DNA from: an uncultured Chloroflexia bacterium
Lineage (GTDB): Bacteria; Chloroflexota; Anaerolineae; CG2-30-64-16
DNA: 64,000 nt
NCBI GenBank assembly: GCA_963810095.1
Contig: CAWEMM010000002.1
Location: forward strand, 160,001 to 224,000
Direction: 5' to 3'
Part shown: positions 41,723-53,745 of the stretch, piece by piece
How the letters are laid out: every line of letters starts with the position of its first letter
How positions within the stretch are numbered: the stretch's first letter is position 1
The notes under the pieces: generated by a model
The model's input: only the letters and a program-made list of their open reading frames with translations
Databases searched by the model: none
What the model was told of the DNA's origin: nothing
Made by a program: the position numbers and the translations under genes

Positions 41723-42880
41723 CTACTGCAGCGAATCCGCCGCGTCCATCAGGACTCGCGAGTCGACCCGGCCCGTCAGCGCGTACAGCATGCCGTCTTT
41801 CTGCCAGATCAGGCTGCTTTCGCCCCGGCTTCGTCCGTTTACACCCTCCATGAGCAGACCCGTCACCCCATCGATCGTGACCTCGCGTGCTTGTACGGCA
41901 TCGGCCGGCAGCGGGATGACCAGGGTGGTCGTCCAGTCGATGCTGGCGGCCAAGCGCTTCGCATCCTCGGTCGGCATGCCCAGCAGCATGAAGGCGGATT
42001 CTGCGAGCGGCGTCGGGTTTAGTCCCTCGGGCAGATTGACGTGCGGGCTGGGCACCTGGACGAACTGCATCTTGGTCGCGCCCATCCCATACTCCTGCAT
42101 CGTGAAGTTCGCCACGTCGACATCCGCTGCGATCTTCTCAGTATCCGGCAGACCTTCTGTCGAAGCACCCGTGGCCTGCATCAGCGCAGCCAGGGTCGCG
42201 CGGTCCACCTCCATGTGCAAGGCCGGGCCGCTCTTTACGCTGAACTTCTGGAGGACTGCGCCTTGAGGCAGCCGCGACGGCGTACGCACGGCATAGCCGG
42301 CGAGCGAGGAGGCCTGGGCGGCGTCGCCGGCGGATTGCTCCGGGCCTTCTTCCCGCACGATCTGCGGCTTGCCCAAGGTCCCTTCGGCCTGGTTTGCCAG
42401 GTCGACCAGGCGGTTCATCTGCTGCTCGTTTAGCGGGATGACCGCGAACTTCTGAACGCGGAACAGGCTGAGGAAATCGGCCGCGGCCGTGCGTACAGGC
42501 GCAATGCTGAGTAACAGCGCCACCAACACGACCGCACCCAGTGCCGCCAGCGCGGGCCGCCAGCGCGGATCGCGTGCATTTCGCTTCGTCATGTCAAAAC
42601 TCCTCGTTACGTTCTTCCACCACCCCGCCGGGGTTGCGGCGGCAAGGCCGGCCGCCTCTGCCCGCCGGAAGCGCACGAGCGCGGCCTGGGGTGCGGGCGC
42701 GGCCGTCAGGCTTTCCAGCGCACCCAGGCCGGCCGATACGCTTGCCGCACGCCGCCCCAGCAGGTCGAGCCCGGCTGCGCACTCGGCGCACCGGTCTACG
42801 TGCGCCTTAACCCGCGCCATTTCCTCCGGTGCGAGTTCGCCGTCCAGAAAGGCCCGCAGATGAGCCGTTTCGTGTATCAT
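41723..42880 (-). CDS. Zinc-finger (zf-HC2) anti-sigma factor with extracytoplasmic domain
   Basis: AFLDGEL...HVDRCAEC (HxxxCxxC), TM helix, C-terminal LIWQKDGMLYALTG. Confidence 0.88.
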   Translation of the reverse strand: MIHETAHLRAFLDGELAPEEMARVKAHVDRCAECAAGLDLLGRRAASVSAGLGALESLTAAPAPQAALVRFRRAEAAGLAAATPAGWWKNVTRSFDMTKRNARDPRWRPALAALGAVVLVALLLSIAPVRTAAADFLSLFRVQKFAVIPLNEQQMNRLVDLANQAEGTLGKPQIVREEGPEQSAGDAAQASSLAGYAVRTPSRLPQGAVLQKFSVKSGPALHMEVDRATLAALMQATGASTEGLPDTEKIAADVDVANFTMQEYGMGATKMQFVQVPSPHVNLPEGLNPTPLAESAFMLLGMPTEDAKRLAASIDWTTTLVIPLPADAVQAREVTIDGVTGLLMEGVNGRSRGESSLIWQKDGMLYALTGRVDSRVLMDAADSLQ

Positions 42881-43443
42881 CGTTCCTCCTCCGCGTAAGC
42901 CTTCTCAAATGCCGCCTCTGCCCGGGCCAGCAGCGTACCGATTGATCCCGGTGCCAACGCCAGTGCCTCGGCCAGTTCCTTGTACGAAAGGCCGGCATGA
43001 CGCAACAGGAGCAGCTGCGCCTGTCGCTGCGGCAGCTTTAGCAGCGTTCGTCGCACCGCGAGCCGGCGTTCGACGACTTCCGCCACCTCGGCCGGATCGA
43101 CCTCGCTGCTGGGCACCCCGAACGCGCCGTCCTCGCGCCGCTGCCGCCGCCCCTGCCCCCTCGCACTGTTGTACGCGAGCCGCGTCACCACCTGGTACAG
43201 CCACGCACGCAGGCTTGCTTCAGCGGCGGTTTGCCAGACATTCGGCGACCGGTGCAGCCGCAGAAACGTCTCCTGCGCCAAGTCTTCAGCTTCTTCCCGC
43301 GTGCCGGCGATCCGGTACGCTAACCGGAACACGGCCTGGAAGTGGGCCAGGAACAGGGCGTCGAAGTCATTCGACAACGGTTGCTCTTCGGCTCGGGTCC
43401 GGCCACGCTGTTGCCCGGCCGGCTGAACGCTGACTGTGACCAT
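42877..43443 (-). CDS. ECF RNA polymerase sigma factor
   Basis: EAEDLAQETFLRL, AWLY, LLLRHAGLSYKELAEAL...GTLLARA; ATGA coupling to the anti-sigma gene. Confidence 0.93.
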   Translation of the reverse strand: MVTVSVQPAGQQRGRTRAEEQPLSNDFDALFLAHFQAVFRLAYRIAGTREEAEDLAQETFLRLHRSPNVWQTAAEASLRAWLYQVVTRLAYNSARGQGRRQRREDGAFGVPSSEVDPAEVAEVVERRLAVRRTLLKLPQRQAQLLLLRHAGLSYKELAEALALAPGSIGTLLARAEAAFEKAYAEEER

Positions 43444-43520
43444 CCGGCGGCTTTCCTTGCAAGGTGGTTCCTACTCTATTAAACACCGCTGCAAGGCACG
43501 ATGTGACAACGAGGACGCGA

Positions 43521-43754
43521 TCAGCCTTGCCAGCCCGTGAAGGGCTGGTCGGCAACGACGCCGTCGGGCCCTTGCACGAGTTGGCGCACCCGCAGTTCGG
43601 CCCGATCGAGCAGCGCGTTGCACTGCTCGGCCAGTTGGATGCTGCGCTCAAAGAGTGCGAGCGATTCGGCCAGGGACAAATCCCCCGCTTCCAGCTTGCG
43701 GACCGTTTCGTCCAACTCGCCACAGAGTTCTTCGAATGTTCGTTCTTCGATCAT
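43521..43754 (-). CDS. xseB: Exodeoxyribonuclease VII small subunit
   Basis: TFEE...LEAGDLSLAESLALFERSIQLAEQCNALLDRAELRV. Confidence 0.92.
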   Translation of the reverse strand: MIEERTFEELCGELDETVRKLEAGDLSLAESLALFERSIQLAEQCNALLDRAELRVRQLVQGPDGVVADQPFTGWQG

Positions 43755-43786
43755 AAAGGTCTCCGAGCCGTGTGCCCCCGGGTAGG

Positions 43787-44993
43787 TTATCCCGCGTTGA
43801 CTGTCGCGTCGAATGTGCCGTCGGCCACCCGAACCGTCACCAAATCGCCTCCGGCCACGTCGGCGATCGATCCGACAACCGCGCCCTCGCGCAGCACGAT
43901 GGCATAGCCCCGGTCGAGCACCCGAGCCGGGTCGAGGCGCGCCGAGCTGCAGCCGCACCCCGTCGAGCTGCATTCTGCGTTCCCGCAGGAGGTTCACGAT
44001 CGCAAGCTGCGAGCGCCGTGTCGTGTCGTCGACCCGCTGGCGGTTTTCGGCCAGGCGCCGGGCTGGGGATGCGCGCTGCGTGCGTCCGGCCAGGCGTGCC
44101 AGTTCATCCCGCTCGCCCGCGAGCCGCGCTTCGATTGCGCCGAGCGCTGCCTCGGCTGCCTCGACCACGCCGGGACGCAGCTCCCGCACGTCGGGCGTGC
44201 AGGCCGCCGCGGCTGCGGTGGGCGTCGGTGCCCGCAGGTCGGCGGTGAAGTCGGCGATGGTGAAGTCGGTTTCGTGTCCCACGCCGGTGACGATGGGCAC
44301 GGCCGACGCGACGATCGCCCGTGCGACCCGCTCGTCGTTGAAGGCCCACAACTCCTCGATCGAGCCGCCGCCCCGGGCGAGGATGATCACGTCCAGCCGG
44401 TCCCGCTCGGTCGACCAGCGATTGAGCAACTGGATCGCCGCGCAGATTGCTGGCGGGGCGTCCGCGCCCTGGACCGTGCAAGGCGCCAGCACGACGTCGG
44501 CCAATGGGTAGCGGGCGGACAGGGTGCGCAGGATGTCGCGCAGGGCCGCTGCGCTGGCAGAGGTGGCGACGCCGATGCGCTGCGGCTGCCGGGGTATCCC
44601 GCGTTTCCGCGTCTCGTCGAACAGCCCTTCTTCGGTCAGCCGGGCGCGCAGGCGCTCGAACTCCTGCCACAACTGCCCCGCGCCCGCGGCCTGCAGGCGG
44701 TCGACGTAGAACTGGTACGCGCCCTGGCTCTCGTAGACGGAGATGTAGCCGTGCGCGAGCACGGCGTCGCCGTCGCGCGGCAGGCTCAGGCCTCGGGCGG
44801 CGGTCCGCCAGATGACGCTCTTGAGACAAGCGTCGCCGTCCTTGAGCGTGAAATAGCAGTGTCCCGACGTGGCCTGCTTGAAGTTCGAGACCTCGCCGCT
44901 CACCCACACGTCGGCCAGCAGCGAGTCCATTGCGAACAGCGACTTGATGTAGGCCGTCACCTGGGAAACTGATAGCGTTTCACGCGCACTCAT
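43787..44993 (-). CDS. xseA: Exodeoxyribonuclease VII large subunit; frameshift near 43935
   Basis: GEVSNF, SGHCYFTLKD, ARGGGSIEELWAFNDE, GVGHETDFT, APTPTAAA; corrected end LDPARVLDRGYAIV...DGTFDATVNAG*. Confidence 0.93.
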
Positions 44994-45123
44994 CGGCCGG
45001 CGCCCCCGCAGTGTTCCATCCGCTCGTGCTGTGTTTGATCCATCGGCTTCGACTCTGATACAGGTGATTCATAGTCACGGCGAGAAGCACTTGCTGGAGT
45101 GTCTGGGCCGCCGCGCTATTTTA

Positions 45124-45438
45124 TCAAAGTATCGGCTTCTGGACCATCGCTGCCCCGCGGCGCAGCAACTCGACTGCCTGCCAGGCCAGGACGATGCTGC
45201 AGGCCGCCCAGAGTGCGCGCTCCCAGGCGGGCGTCGCGCCCCATAGCATGCTGACCGTGACCAGGATCAACCCGGCCGAAGCAGGAAGGCGGAAGGCAGG
45301 TGCGCGGAGTTGCTGGGCCAGGCGCGTGCCGTCCAGAGCGGCGCGCCAGCTGGCATGGCTGGCCGCCGCCAGCACGATCCCCAGTCCCGCAATCCACATC
45401 GCGTTCCGGGCAAGGCCGGCCCAGCCGATTGCGCTCAC
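45124..45438 (-). CDS. Small 3-TM hypothetical membrane protein
   Basis: GTGA overlap with the upstream stop; NAMWIAGLGIVLAAAS and other hydrophobic segments. Confidence 0.65.
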   Translation of the reverse strand: MSAIGWAGLARNAMWIAGLGIVLAAASHASWRAALDGTRLAQQLRAPAFRLPASAGLILVTVSMLWGATPAWERALWAACSIVLAWQAVELLRRGAAMVQKPIL

Positions 45439-46748
45439 GCTACTGGTCCCGGCCGCCGCGCGGATGGATCGTCTCGCGGTGTTTTGCGTAGGTTGTATGC
45501 GGCTGCGCACAGCCCCCAGAGTGCCCAAACGACCAGCGCCGAGTGCGCGCCCCAGACGGCCGCGTCGAGCAGGCCGTGGACCATCATCGCCACCTGACTG
45601 GCGAGAAGCCCGGCGCCGAGGCCGGCCGCCCACCGGTTACCCTCCCGCCGGCCTGACCGGTAAATCTGCCATGCGCTGAACGTCACGATGAACAGCAGGC
45701 CGAGCCATGCGATCAGGCCCGGGATGCCCAGGTCCAACGCTACCTGCAAGAAAAGGTTGTGTGCGTGGGGAATATCCGCGTCGGGACCCAACAGGAAAAA
45801 CGGAAAGAGCTTGTTGGTGACGTCGTGAAAGGCGCCCATCCCGATTCCCGTAAACGGAAAGGCACGCACCAGGTACAGGCCGCGGGTCCAAATCTCAAGC
45901 CGGCCCGGACCCCCGACAATCGCGCCGGTCGCGCTTAGCTTGTCGATCAATTGGCCGAGCCCGACCCGCCACAGCGCAAACCCGGCCAGTAGCGCGCTGA
46001 ACACGATGACGAGCCAGCCGCGGCGCCAGCGGAGCAGGCAAAGCAGGAGTACAGCGGCCGCACCCGCCAGCAGCGCGCCGCGGGACTTCGTCAGGACGAG
46101 GATCACGCCCATACTGGCGACCGCGCCGGCCATCGCGAAGCGTTCCCACTGCTGCATGCGGGACCCATCGAACAGGAGCAGGGCGAGCGGAATGGGCAGT
46201 GCCAGCACCAGCGCACCGGCCAGCACGTTCGGGTGAATGGGGTTCTCGGCAAGCAATGGGAGCCGGTCGTAGACTGTCTCGGGGATGACCGTCAACTTGA
46301 TGCTGGTGACCCACGTGACGGCGACCGGGGCGATCAGCGCGGCAGACAGGCCCGCCCCCACCAGGCATAGGACGATCGTGCGTTCCCGGCTGGCGCTAAC
46401 CATCCAGTTGGCGAAGGTGTAGTACACCACGATGCCCGACGCGAGCCAGAGCACCTGTTGCCGCGTGACATCGGGAAGCGGCGTGACCCACAGCGTGACC
46501 GGCAGCATGAGGACAAGGATGGCAACCGGCAGGTCGGCAGCGGTGCGCACAGTAAGGCGTCCCCATGCCACCCACCGGACAAGCCAGAAGAGCGCCGCAA
46601 TGGCCAGCGCCGGCGCCAACACGGCCGGCGCCATGAGGCCTGCGACGAGCAGCGGGCCCACCAGCCATAACTCGGCATCCGACAGCGCCCTGGCGAAGCC
46701 CCGGCTGCGCTCGAGTGCGCGGCCGATCGCAAGCTCAGTCGCTGCCAT
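45435..46748 (-). CDS. O-antigen ligase / Wzy_C family membrane protein
   Basis: HPNVLAG, LTKSRGA, GRLEIW, PFTGIGMGAF, HAHNLFLQ. Confidence 0.9.
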   Translation of the reverse strand: MAATELAIGRALERSRGFARALSDAELWLVGPLLVAGLMAPAVLAPALAIAALFWLVRWVAWGRLTVRTAADLPVAILVLMLPVTLWVTPLPDVTRQQVLWLASGIVVYYTFANWMVSASRERTIVLCLVGAGLSAALIAPVAVTWVTSIKLTVIPETVYDRLPLLAENPIHPNVLAGALVLALPIPLALLLFDGSRMQQWERFAMAGAVASMGVILVLTKSRGALLAGAAAVLLLCLLRWRRGWLVIVFSALLAGFALWRVGLGQLIDKLSATGAIVGGPGRLEIWTRGLYLVRAFPFTGIGMGAFHDVTNKLFPFFLLGPDADIPHAHNLFLQVALDLGIPGLIAWLGLLFIVTFSAWQIYRSGRREGNRWAAGLGAGLLASQVAMMVHGLLDAAVWGAHSALVVWALWGLCAAAYNLRKTPRDDPSARRPGPVA

Positions 46749-46769
46749 CAGGGTATGCCTCCGGGGTCA

Positions 46770-47588
46770 TCATCTGAAGACCACCGTGCCTTGCCGGGGC
46801 GGATTCGTCCTGCTTGCGACCAAAGCGCGGCCCAACATTTCGTACGCCAGGTACTGCGGTCCGGCGCCGGTGTCCACGCTCGGGGGATACCGTGCGGCCG
46901 AGGCCCATGCCGCCTGCGCACAGTCCATTTTGTCCTCGTAATAGCACAGCAGGCCGCGATACAGCTCGCGCTGCGCCGACGGCGTCGGGTCGACCGCGAG
47001 CGCCCGCCGTATCATCTGGGCAGCCTTGTCCTGCTCGCCCAGTCGCCGCCAGTAGACAAACGCGGACGCGTAGTACGCTTTGGGGGCAGCCGGGTTGATC
47101 GTCGCGGAAAGCGAGTAATAGTAGAGGGCCTTCTGAGCGTCACCCGCGCTGTCGGCACGGTTGCCGAGCCTGTAGAAGTGGGCGGCCGCGTCCCGCGGCA
47201 GCGTCTCGAATTCGCGCGAGGCGTCCGCCTCCCGCCCCATGTCGTCGTACAGCTTGCCAATCAGAAAACGCCGCAAATCGGCGTGTTCGTCGCCGCTTCT
47301 GAAAGCCGTGACGGCTGCAGCAGTCTGGCCGAGTCCCGAGTACACCTGGCCGAGCCCGTAGGTTGCAGGTGCAGCTTGACAGCCAGCGACTAACGACTCG
47401 GAAAACCAGTGCTCCGCCGTCCTCAGCTGGGTGCGGGGAGGCGCCAGCGTCCCTTTTGCGAGATAAACATACCCCAGGTTCTCGTACAGACTGCATCTGT
47501 TCGGGGCAGCCGATACAAACCACACCAGCAGCGCGAGAACGGGGACCAGAAAAGCGCCCCCGAATATTATGCTGCGTTTACTACCCAT
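46770..47588 (-). CDS. Tetratricopeptide repeat protein, N-terminally anchored
   Basis: Hydrophobic N-terminus; YGLGQVY, FYRLG, ALAVDP TPR patterns. Confidence 0.72.
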   Translation of the reverse strand: MGSKRSIIFGGAFLVPVLALLVWFVSAAPNRCSLYENLGYVYLAKGTLAPPRTQLRTAEHWFSESLVAGCQAAPATYGLGQVYSGLGQTAAAVTAFRSGDEHADLRRFLIGKLYDDMGREADASREFETLPRDAAAHFYRLGNRADSAGDAQKALYYYSLSATINPAAPKAYYASAFVYWRRLGEQDKAAQMIRRALAVDPTPSAQRELYRGLLCYYEDKMDCAQAAWASAARYPPSVDTGAGPQYLAYEMLGRALVASRTNPPRQGTVVFR

Positions 47589-47830
47589 TGCTTCCTGCCC
47601 GCTATTCCATCTCGATACGTCGTGAATTTGCCAAGCCGCCCACTTAAGTTTCGGTGGCCGGCGTGGCTATCTCAGCAAAAACGATATCAGCAGGCGAATG
47701 GTTCCACCCCTACTATCGTACGCGGGGATCGCTTATAATGGCGGTCCGCGTGTGCCAGCACAATGAGGGGCGCGATTTGGTGCTGTCATGCCAGCGGGCG
47801 AGATCGACGAAGTGCGGAGGAATTGGGGAG

Positions 47831-48226
47831 ATGGATATCAAGCGAAGTGGCTCACAGCCCTCGGGCAAAGGATCGGCGGAGTGGTTCGACGGCAGCGTGC
47901 GTGTGGACCCGTTATTCGAGGCGCCCGAGCCGGCGCGCGTCCGGGGGGCCAGCGTGACTTTCGAGCCCGGTGCGCGCACGGCATGGCACACCCATCCACT
48001 CGGCCAGACGCTCATCGTAACGTCGGGCTGCGGGCGGGCCCAGCGCTGGGGTGGCCCGATCGAGGAGATCCGGCCGGGCGACGTGGTGTGGTTCGCGCCA
48101 GGCGAGAAGCACTGGCATGGCGCGGCGCCCAGCACCGGGATGTCGCACATCGCAATCCAGGAGGCGCTCGATGGCAGGGCGGTCGACTGGCTGGAACACG
48201 TCAGCGACGCGCAATACGGCGGCTGA
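47831..48226 (+). CDS. Cupin domain protein
   Basis: [28 protein letters not shown]; GGGGAG RBS. Confidence 0.92.
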   Translation: MDIKRSGSQPSGKGSAEWFDGSVRVDPLFEAPEPARVRGASVTFEPGARTAWHTHPLGQTLIVTSGCGRAQRWGGPIEEIRPGDVVWFAPGEKHWHGAAPSTGMSHIAIQEALDGRAVDWLEHVSDAQYGG

Positions 48227-48299
48227 TTGCTGGCAGAGCGGTTGGATAACCAAATGACGGTGGTTGGCAACCAATCTCAGACGGAGATGCTCGCGTTTG

Positions 48300-48343
48300 G
48301 GCCGGGGGCGCCGTTGGGCACGTGCCCAACGGCGCCCCCGGCC
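48300..48343. terminator. Perfect 44-bp palindrome between convergent genes
   Basis: GGCCGGGGGCGCCGTTGGGCAC|GTGCCCAACGGCGCCCCCGGCC. Confidence 0.7.
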
Positions 48344-48351
48344 GGCTTTTG

Positions 48352-49416
48352 TCAATGGAAGCTGGGCACCTGGAGGAAGAAGAACGCCAGCGCGAGGATG
48401 ACGTACAGCACCAGCAACTGGGCGCCTTCCAGCCAGTTGCTTTCGCCGTCCATAGCCACGAATGCGGCGATGATGCTGCCCGCAAACAGGGCCACGATCT
48501 CGAACTGGTTGAAGACGAGCGTCAACGGGTTGCCCAAAAGCAGGCTCACGAATACCAGCACCGGGGCCACGAACAGCGCGATCTGCAGGCTCGAGCCCAG
48601 CGACACGGCCATGCTCAGTTCCATCTTGTTTTTGAGCGCCGTCTGCACCGCGACCAGGTGCTCGGCCACGTTGCCAATCAGGGGCACGACGATAATGCCG
48701 ATGAAGAATTCGGACACGCCGAGCGCGGCGACCGTCGGCTCCACCGAAGCCACCAACAACTCGCTCAAGACCGCAATCAGCACGGTGGCGCCTAGCAAGT
48801 ACAGCACTGACTTCCGGATCGGCCAGGCGCCGTGATGTTCGGCCTGGGCTTCTTGTCCGAGTGCCGGCTCCGGATTGATGAAGCGGAAAGCAAACACCAG
48901 CCCCAGCACGTAGATGACCAGCATGGCAATGGCCGTGCCGATGCTGAGCGATTCGACCGGGCCATTTGTTTCCGTGTGGGCGAAGAAGAAGAGCGAGGGG
49001 ATCATCAGGGCCAACACGGCGAGGATCAATTGTACAGCGTTCGCGCCCGCTTGTGTCCGGTCGAAGCGCTGCACGCCGTTTTTCAGGCCGCCCGCCAGGA
49101 TGCTGAGGCCCATAACCAGGAGGATGTTGCCGAGGATCGAGCCGGTGATCGAGGCCTTCACCAGTTGCAGCAGGCCTGCACGGATGGCAAAGAGCGTGAT
49201 AATCAGTTCGGCGGCATTACCGAGCGTCGCGTTGAGCAGCCCGCCCACGCGCGGCCCGGTGTGGACGGCGAGTTCTTCTGTGGCCTGGCCGAGCAGCCCT
49301 GCGGTCGGGATCACGGCCAGCGACGAGGTGACGAAGATGATCGTCGGCGACCAGCCCAGGAATCGTCCCAGGATGGCGATCGGAGCGAAAATCAGCAGGA
49401 CGTTCAGATACTTCAC
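48352..49416 (-). CDS. Ca2+/H+ antiporter (CAX/ChaA family)
   Basis: LNATLGNAAE, GSILGN, GNVAEH, GSSLQIA, SNWLEG. Confidence 0.93.
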   Translation of the reverse strand: MKYLNVLLIFAPIAILGRFLGWSPTIIFVTSSLAVIPTAGLLGQATEELAVHTGPRVGGLLNATLGNAAELIITLFAIRAGLLQLVKASITGSILGNILLVMGLSILAGGLKNGVQRFDRTQAGANAVQLILAVLALMIPSLFFFAHTETNGPVESLSIGTAIAMLVIYVLGLVFAFRFINPEPALGQEAQAEHHGAWPIRKSVLYLLGATVLIAVLSELLVASVEPTVAALGVSEFFIGIIVVPLIGNVAEHLVAVQTALKNKMELSMAVSLGSSLQIALFVAPVLVFVSLLLGNPLTLVFNQFEIVALFAGSIIAAFVAMDGESNWLEGAQLLVLYVILALAFFFLQVPSFH

Positions 49417-49430
49417 CTGGCGGCTCCTCT

Positions 49431-50471
49431 CTAGTAATGTTCCGGCCGGATTGCGTTTTGCACGTCGCGGGCGACCCGCTGCATCCACTCGACGGCCGTT
49501 TCCTTGGCGTCGCCTCGGGCTAGGCTCTCGCTGAAGAGGGTTGCCGGGGCCTGGGTCGGCGTCAACAGACGCAGCGCACGGGGCAGGCACTCGATCACGA
49601 CCGGCGTCTCCCCGACGAAGTCGCCGTCGATTTGCACGGGCATGGGCTTGCTGGTGGTTATCTCCAGGCGGCGCGCGCGATAGATATCTACTGCAGGGTC
49701 GTCTATGTGACGGTTGGCGAGCAGCCTGACGGCATGAAGCAAGGCGCGCCAGGGACTGTCGCCGCGGAACCCGTACAGATCGAAGCACCCGTCGTCGATT
49801 ACGGCATGCTGGGCCATGCGGAAGATGATCCCGTACAGCTGGATATTGTTGGCCACCAGCATGAGCATGCGGCGGCTGACGGGGTGCCCGTCCATGCGGA
49901 GGCGAAAGGGCGTGCCTCGGAAATCGCGCAGAATCAGGAAGCCGGACAGGGCGAACGCAAAGGGCCCCAGTTGCTTCTTGCGTACCGGATCATCCTTGAG
50001 CGTGCGGCTGATCTGGGCATCGAACCCCACGCCCGCCCATGCGAGGAAGTAGCGCTCAAGTCCGGGGCTCAGTGCCAGGCGGCCGACGTCTACGGCGCGC
50101 ACGTTGCCGCACAGGAGCATCCGGGCCGCCTCAATCAGGGGCTTGGGGTGCAGCGGTCCTGCAACCGGCAGCCCCAGTTGGCGGGCAAACACGTTGCCCG
50201 TGCCGCCCGGCAGAATTGCGAGGGCCGTGTCCGAATTCAGCAGACCCTCGGCGGCCACCCCGATGGTACCGTCGCCGCCCGACAGGAAGACCACGTCGCA
50301 TCCGAGGGCAACGGCTTCCTGCGCGAACACGGCCGCATCCCGTGGCCCGACAGCCGCCTTTGTCGCGACGACCTCGACGTTCTCCGTCTGGAGGAAGCGA
50401 ATCGTCTCGGCGATCTCTGCTTCTGAGTAATGGAGGCCCGCGGCGGGATTGTGAATGAAATAAGCCCTCAT
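49431..50471 (-). CDS. Diacylglycerol kinase family lipid kinase
   Basis: NPAAG, GGDGT, LPGGTGNVFA, GVGFDA, QIDGD. Confidence 0.92.
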   Translation of the reverse strand: MRAYFIHNPAAGLHYSEAEIAETIRFLQTENVEVVATKAAVGPRDAAVFAQEAVALGCDVVFLSGGDGTIGVAAEGLLNSDTALAILPGGTGNVFARQLGLPVAGPLHPKPLIEAARMLLCGNVRAVDVGRLALSPGLERYFLAWAGVGFDAQISRTLKDDPVRKKQLGPFAFALSGFLILRDFRGTPFRLRMDGHPVSRRMLMLVANNIQLYGIIFRMAQHAVIDDGCFDLYGFRGDSPWRALLHAVRLLANRHIDDPAVDIYRARRLEITTSKPMPVQIDGDFVGETPVVIECLPRALRLLTPTQAPATLFSESLARGDAKETAVEWMQRVARDVQNAIRPEHY

Positions 50472-50487
50472 CGTGCGCCCGTCCCGC

Positions 50488-51501
50488 CTATGAGCTGCAT
50501 GGATATGCTGCAAGGAGTTGATCGACCGCGGAGTAGGGGTCGCTTTCCCGCTGCGCCACGCCTGCCGCCAGGCGGGCGAGATAGCCGGGCGGCAAGCGCC
50601 CCACGAACTCGGCCAGGAGTGCGTCCCGCAGGATGTGGTCAAGCTCGGCGGCCGCGCGCGCCTCTTCACGCCGGCCAAGCTGGCCGGTCGCGGCCAAATA
50701 CTCGGCGTGTCGCTCGATCCAGTCGCACAACACGTCGATGCCTTCCCCGCGCATTGCCACGGTCTTAATGATGGGTGGCAGCCAACTGCCATCGCCCTGG
50801 GCGCCCGGCTGTTGGTGTCCGTGTCCTCCAGCGCCCCCGGCCTTGTGGTGCGCGGTAGGGGCCGGCGCGAGACCCTGCATCATCTGCAGCGCCATGGCCG
50901 TATGATCGGCGCCTTCCCGGTCCGCTTTGTTGACGGCGAACACATCCGCGATTTCGAGCACACCCGCCTTGATGGCCTGGACCTCATCCCCTAAGCCGGG
51001 CGCCTCGACGACGATCGTGGTGTGCGCCGCACTGGCGATGTCGATCTCGGCCTGGCCGACTCCGACCGTCTCGATCAAAATCCGGTCAAACCCCGCTGCA
51101 TCAAGGACCGTCAGCACGTCGGCCGTGGTGCGCGCCAGGCCCCCGAGGCTGCCGCGGGTTGCCATGCTGCGGATGAAGACCCCCGGATCGCCGGCGAGGT
51201 CGCGGATGCGCACCCGGTCGCCCAATAGTGCGCCGCCCGAGAATGGGCTGGTGGGGTCGACGGCAATAATGCCAACCGTCTTGCCGCCGGCCCGATACAC
51301 CCGCGCCAGCGCGTTGACGAGCGTCGACTTGCCCGTGCCAGGCGCGCCGGTGACGCCGACGATGTGGGCCCGGCCGGTGTGCGGGAAGAGCGCGGCCAGC
51401 AGCTCACGACTGCTCGGCGTCTGATCTTCGACCTCCGAGATCGTGCGCGCAAGGGCTCGGCGGCTGCCGGCCAGCAAGGGTTCGACGAGTTCTGTCCCCA
51501 T
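50488..51501 (-). CDS. meaB: Methylmalonyl-CoA mutase-associated GTPase MeaB
   Basis: GAPGTGKST, AVDPTSPFSGGALLGDR, ETVGVGQAE, NKAD. Confidence 0.94.
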   Translation of the reverse strand: MGTELVEPLLAGSRRALARTISEVEDQTPSSRELLAALFPHTGRAHIVGVTGAPGTGKSTLVNALARVYRAGGKTVGIIAVDPTSPFSGGALLGDRVRIRDLAGDPGVFIRSMATRGSLGGLARTTADVLTVLDAAGFDRILIETVGVGQAEIDIASAAHTTIVVEAPGLGDEVQAIKAGVLEIADVFAVNKADREGADHTAMALQMMQGLAPAPTAHHKAGGAGGHGHQQPGAQGDGSWLPPIIKTVAMRGEGIDVLCDWIERHAEYLAATGQLGRREEARAAAELDHILRDALLAEFVGRLPPGYLARLAAGVAQRESDPYSAVDQLLAAYPCSS

Positions 51502-51502
51502 G

Positions 51503-51913
51503 CTAAGCGCTCGCCGGCTGGCCCGCTTCCCGGCGAACGAAGTCGATAATATCCTGCGTGCTCGTGCCTGGCCCGAAGACGCCTTTGACGCCCATGGTTC
51601 TCAGGGGCTCGACATCCTCATCCGGGATAATCCCGCCGAGCAGCACGACCACGTCGTCGAGCCCGTTGGCCCGGAGCAACTCGATGATGCGCGGGCAGAG
51701 CGCCATGTGCGCGCCCGAAAGGATCGAGAGCCCCACGACGTCGACGTCCTCCTGCAGCGCGGCCTCGGCAATCATCTCGGGCGTCTGCCGGATGCCCGTG
51801 TAGATGACCTCCATCCCGGCGTCGCGCAGCGCGCGGGCGACCACCTTGGCCCCGCGATCATGCCCGTCTAGCCCTGGCTTGGCCACCAGGACCCGAATCT
51901 TGCGGTCGGTCAT
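51503..51913 (-). CDS. Acyl-CoA mutase small (cobalamin-binding) subunit
   Basis: [10 protein letters not shown] (DxHxxG), SILSGAH, GGIIP. Confidence 0.95.
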   Translation of the reverse strand: MTDRKIRVLVAKPGLDGHDRGAKVVARALRDAGMEVIYTGIRQTPEMIAEAALQEDVDVVGLSILSGAHMALCPRIIELLRANGLDDVVVLLGGIIPDEDVEPLRTMGVKGVFGPGTSTQDIIDFVRREAGQPASA

Positions 51914-52065
51914 TACGATTCCTCGCTCCTCACTCTATGGTGGGCGGCACGGCGAACCGGCCTGCCAGACGTCAGAACCCAAGGTGAATGTGGCACCCCG
52001 GCTGGGCGCTGACTGCGGCGCCTCCACCAGCACCGTCGCATTTTATTACAACACTGCCGGCTTCG

Positions 52066-53745
<1,680 letters not shown>

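Noticed and set aside
43478-43508. ECF autoregulatory promoter (TGTCAC...GTGTTTAAT) upstream of the sigma gene
   Set aside because: Plausible, but a single instance with no second copy found to support it
43521-44993. Apparent XseA-XseB fusion (490-aa ORF)
   Set aside because: Caused by a frameshift near 43935; the normal XseA C-terminus is in another frame and xseB has its own ATG
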